Shown: in pieces, positions 25,117-39,113 of the stretch
Layout of the letters: the number at the start of each line of letters is the position of its first letter
Position numbering within the stretch: position 1 is the first letter of the stretch
Notes under the pieces: model-generated
Databases searched by the model: none
What the model saw: only the letters and a program-made list of their open reading frames with translations
Told to the model about the DNA's origin: nothing
Origin: Phaeosaccion multiseriatum
Lineage: Eukaryota > Protista > Ochrophyta, other classes
Length of the DNA stretch: 64,000 bases
Reading direction: 5' to 3'
Assembly: GCA_965112735.1 (NCBI GenBank)
Contig: OZ218957.1
Location: 3,348,001 to 3,412,000, forward strand
Made by a program: the position numbers and the translations under genes

Positions 25117-28100
25117 ATGAGGCGGCAAAGGACGCCGTCCTCCGCAGACATGCGCCAAGACCAACGGCAACGGCCTCGCCCTCCGCTCCACCCTTCTTCC
25201 TGCTCTTCTTTAGCTTCCTCTCGGCCTCTCTTCTCACCAAGATCATGCTCGAGGTATCGATCCTGCTCGCGGCTCCGCTCCTGCTCGACGAGTGGTTGCA
25301 GCAGCAGCAGCTGCAGCAGCAGCAGCAGCAGCAGCAACAGCAACAGCAACAGTCACTCCGTGGCTTGTCGCGATGGCAGTAAGTGTCTTCAAAGGAAGCT
25401 GCTGGTGGCCGGAGTAGCCGTGATGATGGCAATGCCTCTCGTAGACTCAGCATCAATCCACAGCAGGGACTACCAGAACAGCAATAGCAGAGGGGGGGGG
25501 CTCATGAGCGGCCTCAGCGTCGGCATCAGCCGCCTCACGGGAGAGGCGACGCGGCACTTCTTTAGTAGTCGTCGAGAAGCGGCGAGGAAATGGAAGCAGG
25601 AACAGACAGAACGAGAGGCTGAAAGGGACAGGGAGACTGAAAGAGAGGCCTCCTACCGCGGCGGCGACGGTAACGACGCTGCCGCTGCGACAGCTGCGGC
25701 TGCTGCTGCAGCAGTTGAAGCCGTCCACAAGTCAATACTGGAAAGCATGATGCGAGGCTCCGGTGGCAGGATCAGCGAAAGGGAAGCGGCCGCATGTGCT
25801 TCTGAGCATAAACAAAGCTTCGTCGGCGGCGGCGGAGAGGGGGAAAGTCCTGGCGGAGGACGCAACAATATGCTCGGGTATGCTATATCACCAACTGCTG
25901 CTGGCCATCGGGGCAGTAGTACGGCCACTGCCCATGATGGCTTGGGGTCCGATAGTGGTGAACGCAGCAGCCCCCCAGATGGTGATGGGGCAGATGGGTC
26001 CGGCACCGCCAGAGATGGTGCGGGCAAGGGGGACGACGACGAGAGAAGTGACCCAGAGGAGGAGGAGGAGGGGGAGGAGGAGGAGGAGGAGGAGGGGGAG
26101 GAGGAGGAGGAGGAGGGGGAGGAGGAGGAGGAGGAGGAGGAGGAGGAGGAGGAGGAGGAGGAGAATGGAGGGGATAAGGAGGGTTTCCGAGAAGAGGGGG
26201 AAGAGAAGGCTGGAGGGGGCCTCAGCGCGAAAGGTGGGAGTGCTGATGCGGATGAAAGTATTCGCAAATTCTGCGGTGGTGCTACGGGCGCCAGGAACAT
26301 CACCAACAACAGTGATACTACAGTGGATGGAAAGAGTGGGAGTGACGAGGACGAAGGCTTCCGGGTGGAGGAGGAAGACGAGGGCGATACTGGGCACCCT
26401 CTAGACTTGCAGGGGGATGGCAATGGTGATCAACGAGAACGAGGGGATGTACAAAGGGAGGAATGGAGGTACCACCACCACGACGACAACGAGCAGGAGG
26501 AGGAGAAGGAGGAGGGGGGGGTTGGTGTGCGGTTCGGCGATGGCAAGAAGGAGGATGGAGAGGAAGCCAACGTGGATACCGCGTGGGAGGGGTCTGCATC
26601 AGAAATGGAGGGCCACTCACCGGAAGGAGCAGCAGTAGCACCACCAGCAGCAACAGTTGGTGATACAGTAGTAGCAGCAGCAGCTGGTGATACAGTAGCG
26701 ACATGGCAAGGGGAAATATTACTTGACCCACAGAGTGCTCCGGAGTTTGGGGCTCCTGCAGGTCCTCTTGATAGTATGGATTACGATGACGGAGAGGAGG
26801 AGGAGGAGGTGGAGGAGGACGACGACGACGAGGAGGAGGAGCAGGAGGAGCAGGAGGAGCAGGAGGGAGAAGAGGTAGCAGAGGAGAATGGGCTAGCCGA
26901 CGGGAGGGACGGTGTTGAAAGACCGACCGAATCAGCAGTGGGGTCAGCTCCGGCCCCTCTGGAGAGAGGGATAGACGAGGCCCAGGAACAACATGTTGAA
27001 GACGTGTTACCCGCAGCGACTGCTACTCCCGCTGCTGCTACTCTGACTACCTCCACCACCACCACCACCACAGGAGCGGCCTCTTCAGAGCAACAGGTCG
27101 AGGATGGCGCAGTTGTGGTAGAGTCTGCTGTTGCAGAATCGGTGGAGTCCGTTGCAGAATCGGCGGAAGAATGTGGCGACGGTCATTCATGGGGGGGCTC
27201 GGAGGAAGCCTCCTTGACTTCACTGGACCCGTTCGGAGGACATGGACCTGAAACTGCGAGTGAAATGGGAAGTGACGGTATGTCGAGAGACGATGATAAG
27301 GAGGAGGAGGAGGAGGAGGAGGAGGAGGAGGAGGAAGAGGAGGAGGAGGAGGAGGAGGAGGCGGAGGAAGAGGAGGAAGAGGGGGAGGAGGAGGCGGAGG
27401 TCGATAAGAAGGATGAAGAGGGCCGCCAGCAACGAGAAAGGGTGAAAGACACCGCGGGAGAAGGAAGCAGAAATCGGGGTGGCGTTTTTGTGGCCGATGC
27501 GGAGAGACGGAGCAGCGTCCGTGAGGATCACGCGGAGGAGGATGATGATGAGGAGGAGGGGAGGGAGGAAGCGGAGGGGGGGGAGACAGGGCAGCAGGGG
27601 CGAACTCCTACCACCACCGCACACACCAGGGCAAGGACAAGGGGAAGGGGAGTGAGGGGGTCTACCTCTACTGCTGCGGCCACTGCTGCTGCCCCTTCTG
27701 CTGCCATCTCTGCGGGGACAGGCACGGGCAAGAAGAGGGCAAAGGATCTCAAGAGGCTCCTGCAAGAGCTCGAGGACAGCGACTACGCAGGGTAAGTCAT
27801 TAAGGGCTTGCAGTTTCAGCTTCAGGGGCAGAGCTTTGGCTCACTTGTATCTCCTCTGTCTTCACCGCTGAATACACCGCCTCTTCGGGCGGTCCTCTTT
27901 CCTCTTTGCGTCGGTTTTTTTGGCCTTCTGCCCTTCGATGCCATCCCTCATTCAACGAGCTCCTCCTCTTCTTCTTCTTCTTCTTCTTCTTCTTCTTCTT
28001 CTTCTTCTTCTTCTTCTTCTTCTTCTTCGTCTTCTTCTTCTTCTTCTTCTCTTTCCTTCTTCGCTTTCTCAGACTGAGTGGCAGGAAAGGAGGCCCCCGC

Positions 28101-28908
28101 GGCAGCAGGCGGCCTCGCTTAAGAGGGACCAAAGACGGCAGAGGAGGGAGAGGAGGAGCAGGAGGAGGAGGGGGAGGAAGAGCAGGGGTAGGAGGAGGAG
28201 GAAGAGGAGGAGGAGGAGGGCGGAGTATGATGAAGCCCACCACCACCGGCCAGGAGGAGCAGTTGCTGAAACAGCAGCGCCCCCCCCCTCCCCCGCCGCC
28301 TCCTCCTCCGCCCCCACCTCCCCCGGCCTACCTGCAGAGCGACAGCATGAGCATGGGAAGTGGCGGGTGGGACAGCATGGGGAGTGGCGGGTGGGATAGC
28401 ATGGGGAGTGGCGGGTGGGATAGCATGGGTGAGGAGGTGAGTGACTGAGTGAATGAGTGACTGACTGACTGGCTGACTGGCTGACTGACTGACTGAGTAG
28501 ATGCAGGACGCGGGTGGGTGCGTGCGCGCCTACGCCGGTTTTGATCTGGCTGGCTGGCTGGCTGACTCTGTATGTCTCTGTCTCTTGTCTGTCTGTCTGC
28601 CCCTCTGTTTCTCTGCCTGTCTCTCTGTCTACCCGCCTCTTTGTCTCTCTGTCCCTTTGCAGTCCTTCCTTTCTGTTGGCGACTTTTCGTCCGAGGGTGG
28701 CGGGTGGACCTCGCTCGGGGGAGACGCCACCGGAGAATTCACAGATGGCACGGACGGCGGGGCCAGTGAGGGAGGGGTGGAAGAGGGTCATCCTTACCCC
28801 TATCGAGTGTGGCTGACACAGCAGTACCGCCTCCAGCAGCAGCTGCAGCAGGGGAGGGAGCAGATTCGGCAGCTCCAGGAGCAACAGCAGCAGCAGCACA
28901 TGTACTAC

Positions 28909-28940
<32 letters not shown>

Positions 28941-29313
28941 TCAGCAGCAGCAGCACTATCAGCAGGCGCAGCAGCCAGCCGGAAGTAGCGCTTACGGACC
29001 AGGCCAGCCTCCACCCTCTGCCTGGGGAGGGGGTGTGGGGGCGGTGAGGAGCTCTGCGGGCTTCAAGGTCCTGGCCAGTGGCACCAGCAGCGCCGCTGGA
29101 GTGGCCAGCAGCGCCGCTGGAGTGGGTCCCCAGCAGCAGCAGGATGGGGCCGGGGTCGGCGCGCAGCTGCTCGGTCAGGCGGGGCTGCCGCAGATGGCAG
29201 CAGATGGCAGCTCAGGGCAGCTGATGGAGGAGGGAGCGGGGGAAGGAGAGGCTCTCCTCTCATTCGGTGAGTAGTGGGTACGGTACCCTTTGCCGGCGGC
29301 GGGGGATAATGGC

Positions 29314-29347
<34 letters not shown>

Positions 29348-30690
29348 CCCTTTCCGCAATCAACACCCATCCCAATCCCATGCATTTGGGTTTCCTCTTC
29401 CACTTCACATTTAACAACCCTTGTCATCCCACTTGGGGGGGGGGGGGGGCTATAACAACCTATGCACTGAACCTTGTCCTCTCCAACCCCAAAACCTGCA
29501 ACCGTTACGCAAGCGTTGCGTGTCTGTCCCGAGACTCACATCTCTTCCCTTCCCTCCGTCTGTGTACTCAATTCCCCACGCTCCTCTCTTGTCTGCCCCC
29601 CTCATCTCCTCTCCCACCTGCTGTGCTGTGCTGTATCACCAACTGCTCCACTGTTCTACGCGGCGCTGCACACCTTTTCTCTTCACCGCAGTGGCGCCTC
29701 AACCTCGTGTCCTTCCAAGCTTCGACGTTGACTACAGGTACGTGTGTGTGTGTATGTGTGTATGTAGGCATGTGTGTGTGTGGGTGGGTAGGTGTGTCTG
29801 TGTGGATGATTCTGTGTGTGTGCCTGGGTGGATGTGTCTATGTGCCTGTTGTTGTATGTGTGAGGGTGGGTGTGGCTACGATAACGATGGGTGAAAGAGA
29901 GTGGCGAGGGTGAGGGTGAGGGTAGCGATGGCGGTGGAAGATAAGCCGGGAGAGAATGCCGCACAGAGCGAGGGGTTTGTTTGTTGCTGTTGTTCGCCTC
30001 CTCGCCTTGTGTCCCCCTCCACCTATCCATCCTCTTCACTCACCCCACACCCTCTCCCCCTCTCTCCTGCCCTCTCACTCTCTCGCTCTCTCCCTCTCTC
30101 TCTCTGTGCACCTGTCGTACCTTCCTTCCCATCCCATTCCTGCCATCTGTGATTTCAGTGGCAAGATTCTGGACCACTCTCTGTACCAGGATACCAAGAC
30201 GAAGCGTATCACCACTCGCTCTGTGCTCAGGCTCGGCGGTGTGGGCCTCATCTGTACCTTGGGAGCCTTTTTGTCCGTTTCCCCACGCAACGCGCCCTGG
30301 GAGGTGGGTGTGGTGTGTGGGCGCGTGCGTGTGTTGGCCACTCTTTTTGGCTCTGCCTGCTCTCCACTCTGACCCTTTCCCTCTGTATCTCCTGCCGCTC
30401 TGTGTGTGTCTCCTGCCGCTCTGACCCTTTCCCTCTCCCATTTCTCCACGCGCCCTGCCCCCCGCCCCAATAAAAACAAAAAAAAAACGAACCGAACGGA
30501 ACCGAACCCCAGGCCTACATGCCGCTCTTCCGACGTAACCTGGGGCTCCTTGGCGCGTCCCTCATCGGCCCCTTCCTCATCTCGCTGGTGGTGTACGACG
30601 GCAGCAAGGCCAATGTCAACGCCTTCATCACCGTGCTCACCTTCTCCTTCACGGGGGGATACCTCGCCACTCTGGCCATGGAGATCGTGC

Positions 30691-30743
<53 letters not shown>

Positions 30744-31661
30744 AGTGTGTGTGTGTGTGCGCGTGTGTGAAGGGCATGGGTGTGCGTGTGGGTGTGGGTG
30801 CGTGTGGGTGAGCATGTGGGTGCATGCGTGGGTGCTCACCCCCCCATCTCTCTCTCTCTCCCCCTCTCTGAACAACCAACAGGCCACGTTCTACTCACTG
30901 GCCGTGTACGCCGCTCTGGAGCCCTCCGTGTTCGACCTGTGCCCCAAAGTGCCTGTCCTGCACCTCCCGTGGATAGGCCTTGCCCAATACGGGTATAGCA
31001 TCAAGCCCGTCACCTCCTTCATTGCTGACTTTGCCATCTTCTGCTTCGGAGCGCCCATCATAGAGGTCCGTCGGTGGTGCTCTGACATGTTGGTATCATG
31101 GTCGTGAGTTGTGATCAGCGATTGCCATCTGTGATGTGATTCGATGTGTCCACCGCTCTGCCGCTCTCCCTCCCCTCATCTTCTTTTCTCTCTTATCTCT
31201 TTAGTATCTCTGCCAACCTTTCTCCACTGCACTCAGTCACCTCCCTCCCTCCCTCCCTCCCTCCCTCCCTCCCTCCCTCCCTCCCACTAAAGGAGGTAAT
31301 GAAAGTGTGGATCACGAGGCATGTGGGTGCGCTTCCCCCTCGCAAAGAGGCAGCACTGGCAGCAGCAACAACAGCAGGCGGCCAGATGCCCAACAACGGC
31401 CAGCAGATGCCCAACATCCCACCACCCACGCATGTGCACACGTACCTCGTTTACGTCATGGGTGCTGCGCTGGGCCTCAAGGCAAGTCGAGGAGTTGGAC
31501 GGGAGAACAAAAGTCGACGTCGACAAACAATGTAGACTGGGTCAAGAAGAGAAATCGGCGGCCCTAAACACTCAACCAACCGGTCTCTCTCTCTCTCTCT
31601 CTCTCCCTTTCTCTCTGTGTGTGTCTGTATCTCTCTCTCTCTTTCTCTCTCTCTTTCCCTT

Positions 31662-31697
<36 letters not shown>

Positions 31698-32053
31698 CCT
31701 TTCTCTCTCTCTCTCTTTCTCCCTTTCTCTCTCTCTCTCTTTCTCCCTTTCTCTCTCTCTGTGTGTGTCTGTATCTCTCTCATCTCCCCGCCCGCCCGCT
31801 GCGCTGGCGTTCGTGTGTGCTTTGCTTTGCTTTGCTTTGCTTTGCTGACTTACTGTGCTTTGCTTTGCTTTGCTTTGCTGACTTACCGCAGGCGGCGGAC
31901 AATGCGAGAAGAGTGCTCCTTTTCACAAGGTCCGAATCGCAACACAGAAACAGAAATCATCAACTGCTGTGGACTATCACAATGTCACAATGTCGATTCT
32001 AACCAGAGCTCTCGACTTGTTCTTCTTGTGGTTGTTGTTGTTGTCGTTGTTCC

Positions 32054-32096
<43 letters not shown>

Positions 32097-33381
32097 CTTG
32101 TTCTTGTTGCTGCTGTCCTCCCTTGGCATGATGGCGCAGACCCGAACACCACAAGAAGCTTCTCTTCGCCTTCCTCAGAGGCTTTTTTCCCCTCCCGGAG
32201 CTCTGTGCGGGTGCGTGTGTGCGTGTATGCATACATCTCGGAGCATTTCTTCCTCTCCCTCCCTCCTCCCCCCCCCCCTGTCCCTGTCCCCCCCTCTCTC
32301 TCTCTCTCTCTCTCACCACTCACTCACCCACTCACCAACTCCCCCCCCTCCCTCCTTCGCCTCTTCCCTGTGTACATCCACTGCCATCCAGGCCTGACTG
32401 CCATGGCTCTGGCTCGCAAGGAGATCCTTGGCGAGAAGCTTTCCTCCTTTCGAGTGTTTGGGCTGGCCACGCTGCTGCATGCCTGGGTCAATTTCAGAGT
32501 GAGTACTAGGGAATGGGGTCAAGGGTATAGGGTATGGGGTATAGGGTATGGGGTATGGGGTATGGGGTATAGGGCATGGGGTATAGGGCATGGGGTATAG
32601 GGTATAGGGTATATGGTATGGGGTATGGGGTATGGCTATGGGGTTTGGGGTATAGGGTATGGGCTATGCGGTGTGGGGTATGGGGTTTGGGGTATGGGGT
32701 TTGGGGTATGGCTATGGGGTTTGGGGTATGGGGTTTGGGGTATGGGGTTTGGGATATGGGGTTTGGGGTATTGGGTATGGGGTATGTGGGGTATATACAC
32801 CCACCCACGCACCCACCCACCCACCCACGCCCCCCCCCCTCACACGCACATACACACCCACGCACCCACAGGGCCACAAGCCCATGTTCAAGTGGCGCTC
32901 GGACAGCCCCTGGAATGAGCTGCAGATGCAGGCGTGGGTCTTCCCCAGGGGGGCGTCTCTGGGCAAGCTGCTGATGAGGGGCTTCGGATCTCTGGTGTGG
33001 ATATCTGTGGTGCTCAAGGTGAGCGAGAGGGGCCAAGGAGGAGAGGCTTTCATCGAGAAGGAAGGAAGAGAGGGGCCTGATTGAGGGGACAAGAGGGTAC
33101 AGCAGAGGCCAGGCGATGAGAGGTCAGGCCACGGTAGGCCAGCTGGTGATGCAGCCCGCCAGTAGGCCAGCTGGTGATGCAGCCCGCCAGTCCTCCGCGG
33201 GTGTTGTTGATGATGATCGTATGTTGTCATCCGTTCACCTCTACCTCATGAAAGCAGCCGGGGTTGAGTTGGGTTGGGTGTGGGGTGCGTCGCGTCAGGT
33301 CGGTCCTCTCCCCGAAACCCCCTCTTACCGTCTCCGCCGCCCCCTCCATCTCGCCCCCTCTAACCGCCTCCGCTTTCCTTG

Positions 33382-33415
<34 letters not shown>

Positions 33416-33687
33416 CTCTGGCTCTCCTCTCTCTACCCTCTCCCTCTCTCTCTCTACCTCTCTTCCTCTGGCTCTTCTCTCTCTTCCCTCTGGCTCCCTC
33501 TCCCTCCCTCTCCCTCTCTCTCTCCCAGGTTCTGGCCCAGGTGATCCAGACGTACTGGCGCCTCAACCGCCTGCACAACTCGCACTTACGCCAGCAGATG
33601 GAGACCCGGAAACCCATGCCACCTCCCCCTCCCCCTCCTCCGGTGGGGCCCTCGGTTGTAGCACCCCCTCCTCTCCCTCCCCGGTAG
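25117..33687 (+). CDS. PrsW-like glutamic-type intramembrane protease family protein with a very long acidic, low-complexity N-terminus
   Basis: Spliced C-terminal multi-TM region with GAPIIE|EVMK (EExxK motif), GAALGLK|AADN, RGFFPLPELCA and LLHAWVNF (HxxxN motif). Confidence 0.7.
32513..32790 (+). repeat. G-rich heptamer satellite (TATGGGG/TTTGGGG/TATAGGG)n in an intron
   Basis: Direct reading; G4-forming and telomere-like. Confidence 0.9.
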
Positions 33688-35075
33688 TGGGGCAGTCAGG
33701 CGGGAGTCAGGACAGGACGGCAGGAGGGTTTGTCGCCCCTCCTTCACGCGCCGTGGCTGACATTAAGTACATGTACAGGTTTCTGCGGCTGTGCCACTGG
33801 CTGGTTGGGGAAAACAATGCCACAGCGTCTTTGTCGAATAGAATTATTCATGTTTTTTTTGTGTCGTTGTTTTTTTCGTTTTTCCCTCCAAATTGTTTTT
33901 GGTTGCCTAAGAGTAACGCTACATTCAATTGATTGTGCCGCCGAAGGAGCCGAAGTCGGCGCTGTGTGGCGGCTGTGCTGCTCCTGTGCCTCTGCGTCTT
34001 CCTTACTGTCTCATCTGACTCCCGCTGGGCCTGCTCGGCCTCCCTGTCTTTGTGTGTGGAATACGCTTCGCATGGAAGAAGGACCCCCCTTTGGGGAGGG
34101 ATTTGAATCATCGACGTCGCCCTCTCTCTCCGTTTGTTCTCTCCTTCTGCTGCTGTGGTTCGGCGGTTTGGCGGTAAGTGTTACCGAGGCTTCTTCAGAG
34201 CTACCTCGGTCGTTCCCGTTCGGCTGTTCGGTCCTCCTCCTTAGTCTGTGCGTTGAGTACGGTCGGCACGGAGGGAGGACCTTTTTCAGCCCAGCATTTC
34301 AAATCGTTTGCGCCCTCCCCTCTCCGTTTGCCCCCCTTCCGCTGCCGTACTACTGCAAGTTGGTGGTGAGTGCTGCCGGGGGTTCGTCTGTGCGTTCGCT
34401 TCGGTGCTGCTTGGTGGGTTGGCCCTCCTTCCTCCATGCGTAGCACACGGGGGGGGCGGGCAGGGAAGAAAGTTCTCCTTCTTTCCCCCTTCCTCATGCC
34501 GATCGGTTACTGCCGTTGCCTGTGACCATGCAGGTCGCCCGTGGGTGGTACCCAGCCTTCTTCAGTGTCGTCTCTCGTGTTCCTGCTGGTCAGCTTCGTC
34601 CTCCTTCCTCTGTTCATCGCACACGGCTGGCCCGGACGGAGGAGCTCGTCGGGACGGAAAGTTCAAGTCTTGGACGTCAGTCTCTGCTCCGGTCGGTACA
34701 TCGACGTGCTGCTTTGGCTGCGTAGCTTGCCTGTGAGGGCTGCTATCAATGCCGCGAAGGAGGCGTGACCGGCGGAGCGCTCAGAAGGAGGAGATACTGG
34801 CGGAGATATTGAGGAAGATTGGGGAGCTACTGGCCGGTATCATTGTCCTGGAGGGGGTCACAGATGAAGTGTTTGACGCGTACGAAGCGAGGATTCGGGA
34901 TCTGGTGTCCAGATACACCCTCCTTGGGGGGGGGGAATAATAGAAGAAAGAAATTGAAGGACCAGCCTAACGGACCAAAGCGCCTACGCAACAGCGCACT
35001 TCATCGCTCTGAGCTGCCGATGCCCCTCTCTCGGAGAGAGGATATGCAGAGAGAGTCGGCCCTGGACAAGGTTAT

Positions 35076-35177
35076 CTGACTACTGATTACGGCCGGCGCA
35101 GCCGGCCTGATTACTGATTACAGCCGGCCTGATTTCTGATTATGGCGCCAGCCGGGTCTGATTATTATTGATTACAC
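35076..35177. repeat. Degenerate tandem repeat of CTGATTACTGATTAC-GCCGGC units
   Basis: About 4 units carrying about 8 TGATTA-like words, roughly 400 bp upstream of the PPR-SMR start. Confidence 0.7.
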
Positions 35178-35563
35178 TGTTTAACCTTGTCCAGCCGAAG
35201 AGAGGGATATTTTTAAGTGCCATCTGAGAGGGATGTGCGAAGTTTCGGAAGTCAAGGAAAGTGGAGCTCGACATTTCCTCGATATTGTCTGAGCTGTCCG
35301 CGGCCTGGTGGCTCAACCCGACGTTAAAGTGGGGAGGATGAGGTGAAGGCAGGGTAGAACAAAGCAGTGTGTTGGCTCCTCCTTTGCGGCTCCCTTACTT
35401 CCCGTCCTTGAGGAAGTAGCTCTGCTGCTGCTGTACTCATCAGGCCGAGAAGGCCGAACTGTGGTGGCACTTCAGCCCCCGTTTCCCTTTCTCATTCTTG
35501 AAGGCAGCGCGAGGAAGAAGCGCACTCTTGAAGGCAGAACAAGGAAGAAGCGAAGGAAGGAGC

Positions 35564-38500
35564 ATGGGCTCTTTTACGGGCCTAGTGTTCCTTCCTGTGT
35601 TTTGCCTCCTCTCCCTGTTTCCCCTTGTGCTCGTAGCATGGAGCATAGGCTTTTCACCAAGAGCGGCGTATAGAGAGCGACCAAGCAGAGGCGGGTATAG
35701 AGGGCAGACAGCAGCAGCGGCAGCAACAGGAGGGGGGCGGGGCCATTACACAAGAGAATTCTTCATGGGCACGCGACGGAGAGGGGTGCTCATGTCTTCT
35801 GCTGTTGCAGTGGCAGGTATGAGGAGGGGGAAGGGCAGGTTGTCCCAGTGTTTTTTCGAGGCAGAGTCGTCTGTCGAGCAAGTGGTGGCCTCCTTGGCGA
35901 ACGGGAAGGGTGTGCTAAAGCCGCCATCTATCTCCTGATATGCTGGCTGCTTCCCACATCATCGATCCATCGCATGTGACAAAAGGTTGTCTCCATGTGT
36001 GCGTGCGTGCCCACCACTCACGCTCAATAAATACTAAACCTTCTTCCCATTCTCTGTCTCTCCTCTCTCCTCTGTGCAGGGAAAGCAAGCACAAAGGAAG
36101 GAGAAGGCGGGGGGGCGGGGAGTGGAGCAATAGACAAGTTCAATGACGGGATACAGCGCTTTGCGGCCGAGGGGTCGTACCAAAAGGCCGTGCTGCTGCT
36201 GAGAGAGATGTGGAAGAAGGGGGTGGCGGGGAATGTAAAATCTTACGCCTACACCATCTGTGCACTTCGCAAGGCGTATCAGTTCGACGCCGCAGAGTCG
36301 CTGACGAGGTGCGTGAAAAGGGCCGCGGCGGTGGAGGGGCAACAGAAGGCAGCAAAAGGCAGTAGTGGATGGGAGGAGGTGCCAGGACAGGACGACTCAT
36401 CGGCATCGATATCGACATCGATATCGATGTTGTGTGCATGTTGTGGGGAGCCGTAGTGAAGAAACTAGCCTCGAGGAAGGGCAGCGAGGTGAAGACAAAG
36501 AGGAAGGCATCTGCTGGCCTCTCACGAAAACGGAGACTGAAGAGGAGATGGAGGGAGTGGATGAGAATCGACTCAGAAGTGGCAGCTTGTACCCTATGTT
36601 TCACTCCGCCGCCGCTTAGGAATGCATGCATTAACGCCGCCTCTTTTCCCCTCCCCTGTCTGTCTGTCTATCCCTCTCTCACAGAACAATGTTCGAGGTT
36701 TGCATGCCCAACGATCTGTACACAGAGCACGCAGCGGCAGACCCCGTGTCGCCAGAGTTCAGTCAGACCGCAAGGGTGTTTGCGCTGCTTCTGTGCATGC
36801 GAGAGGACAGCCTAGGTGTGTGAGTGTGTGCGTGTGTGTGTGAGGGAGAGGAGAGAGTGGGGTGTATATATATATGTGTGTGTGGTCGTACCAGTAGGCG
36901 AGCGATAGAGCACCAGTTGCATTACTGACGGCCTGACTGATGCTAACAAAAATGGAAGTCTGAGGGAAAGGATACTTACTACGTAGCACTACATGTGGTA
37001 ACAAATGCCGTTCCTTTTCATCCTGTCCTGCGCCTCCGGGTTCTCCGCCTCCTCTTCCCTCTCCACCTCCCCTCTCATCCTCTCCCCTAACCCATCCTTT
37101 CCCTTCCTCCTCCCTCTCTCTCACTCCTCCACTCCCTCCTCACTCCTTACCCCTCTCCCCCTCCCCCTCCCTCCTCCCCCATATGCCTCCACTCCCCCCA
37201 GAGCCCAACTCGGACACCATCCGTGCTGTGCTGAGTATGTGTGCGCAAGAGAGACTTTGGGACACATCCTTGCTCGTGCTCGAGCACGCGGAGAGGGAGG
37301 GGGTGAGGACAAGCGGCTTTGTGTACGACGAGGTCATTCGAACGCTTCAGGACCATGACTTGAACCCAGTGGCAGAGATTATATATGAGAGGGTGAGTGG
37401 GAAGGTGTGTGTGAGGGTGTGTGGGAGAGTGCGTGTGTGATTTGAGTGAGGGGGAGCGGTGTGAGTATGTGGGGGAGTGGGCGAGTGGTGCGTGAGTGTG
37501 TGTGTGTGTGTACGTGTGTGTGTGTGTGTGTGTGTGTACGTGTGTGTGTGTGTGTGGGTGGATGGGTGGGTGAGTGAGTGGGTGGGTGGGTGAGTGGGTG
37601 GGTGGGAGAGTGGGTGAGTGGGAGAGTGGGTGAGTGGGAGAGTGGGTGAGTGGGTGGGAGAGTGGGTGAGTGGGTGAATGGGTTAGGGAGTTATGTGAGT
37701 AACTGAGGGAGTGGGTGAGGGAATGTGAGTGGTGCGTGAGGGAATGTGCATATGCGTGTGGGTGGGGAGGTGGGTCGGTGGTTAGGTGGGAGAGAGAGTG
37801 AGTGAGTTACGTGAGTGAGTGATGTGAGTAAGTGAGTACGTGCGTGAGTGAGTGTGTAAGTGAGTGAGAGCGTGAGTGAGGGAGGGAGGGAGTGGATGAT
37901 GGGTGAGTGAGCGGCAGTAGAAGAGGTCTTTCATCTCATGCTTACATCCTCTCTCTCCCTCCTCTCACCTTCCTACTCCATGGCCCCTCGACCCCCCCCT
38001 CCATTGACATATGGACAGGCTCTCGCTCGAGGGCTCTACAACCCGCATAAGATGGGAGCAAACTTCCTCGACCTTCACAACATGTGAGTTGGAGTGTGGG
38101 TTTTGAGTTATGAGTTGTCAGTTGTGAGTTTGCATCACCCCTTCCTCAACAGTGACACTGCCCCTCCTACGAAAAGGCCTACTAAAGAAAGCGAAACTCA
38201 AACTGAACCTACTGTTGGCAATGTGCATGCATGCTCTCTATTCTCGATGCTTCGCCCAACAACGCTCAGGACGGCGCCCATTGCCTTCTCGGCAGTGGAG
38301 TCCGCCCTCTCAGACATGATTAGACTGCCATCTTCCCGCCCACACTACAATCCTGATTCAAGCGATGGAGCCCCCCTGGGAGTCATCACGGGGGCAGGGA
38401 GGCACAGCGATGAAGGGGTGGCTGTGATCAAGCCAACTGTGATTAAGCTGCTGAATGACAAGGGTGTCAAGTGGCAGCCGCATAAGGTGAACGATGGGCT

Positions 38501-38903
38501 TGTGCAGATCTTTGCGGAGGATGCGCAGCAGTGGTTGGAGGACATGGGGGTACGGAGACAGAAGGACGGAGGAGGAGGAGGAGGAGGAGGAGGAGGCGGG
38601 GGAGGAGGAGGAGCAGGAGGAGGAGGAGGAGCAGGAAGAGTAGGGGGAGGAGCAGGAAGAGTAGGAGGAGGGGGAGGAGTAGCAAGAAGAGGAGGCGGAC
38701 GAAGAGGCGGCGGCGGCGGAGGAGGAGGAGGAGGAGGAAGAGGTGAAGGTAGAGAAGGAGGGCGAGGAGGGAGAGGACGACGACCACGAGGAGGACGAGG
38801 AGGAGGAGGGGGGCGGGGCGTGAAGGGACCGAGCCCCGGAGGTCATGTATATAGCGTATCAACTGAAACTGAAACCAAGCGTTACAATCGTATCATGTAT
38901 TAA
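35564..38903 (+). CDS. PPR-like + SMR (small MutS-related) domain protein with signal peptide and RGG/Gly-rich tail
   Basis: Signal peptide MGSFTGLVFLPVFCLLSLFPLVLVAW. PPR-like segments KAVLLLREMWKKGVAGNVKSYAYTI and TIRAVLSMCAQERLWDTSLLVL. SMR motifs LDLHN..., GVITGAGRHS and NDGLVQI. Confidence 0.8.
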
Positions 38904-39113
38904 ATGAACACAACCTTTCAATTCAGTCGCAGCGGCATGGATGTGGATGGATGAGGGAAACTGACTGAATGAGAGACTCAATATTGAGACCCAACCCCTC
39001 ATACCCTCACTCCTCTAGCTCAATCAATCAAAAGGTCCAGCAAAAGGTCAAGCAAGAGGTCAAGCAAGGCAAGAAAGGAGCGACACTTGTTCCCATTGTG
39101 TCGGATGTTTTCT

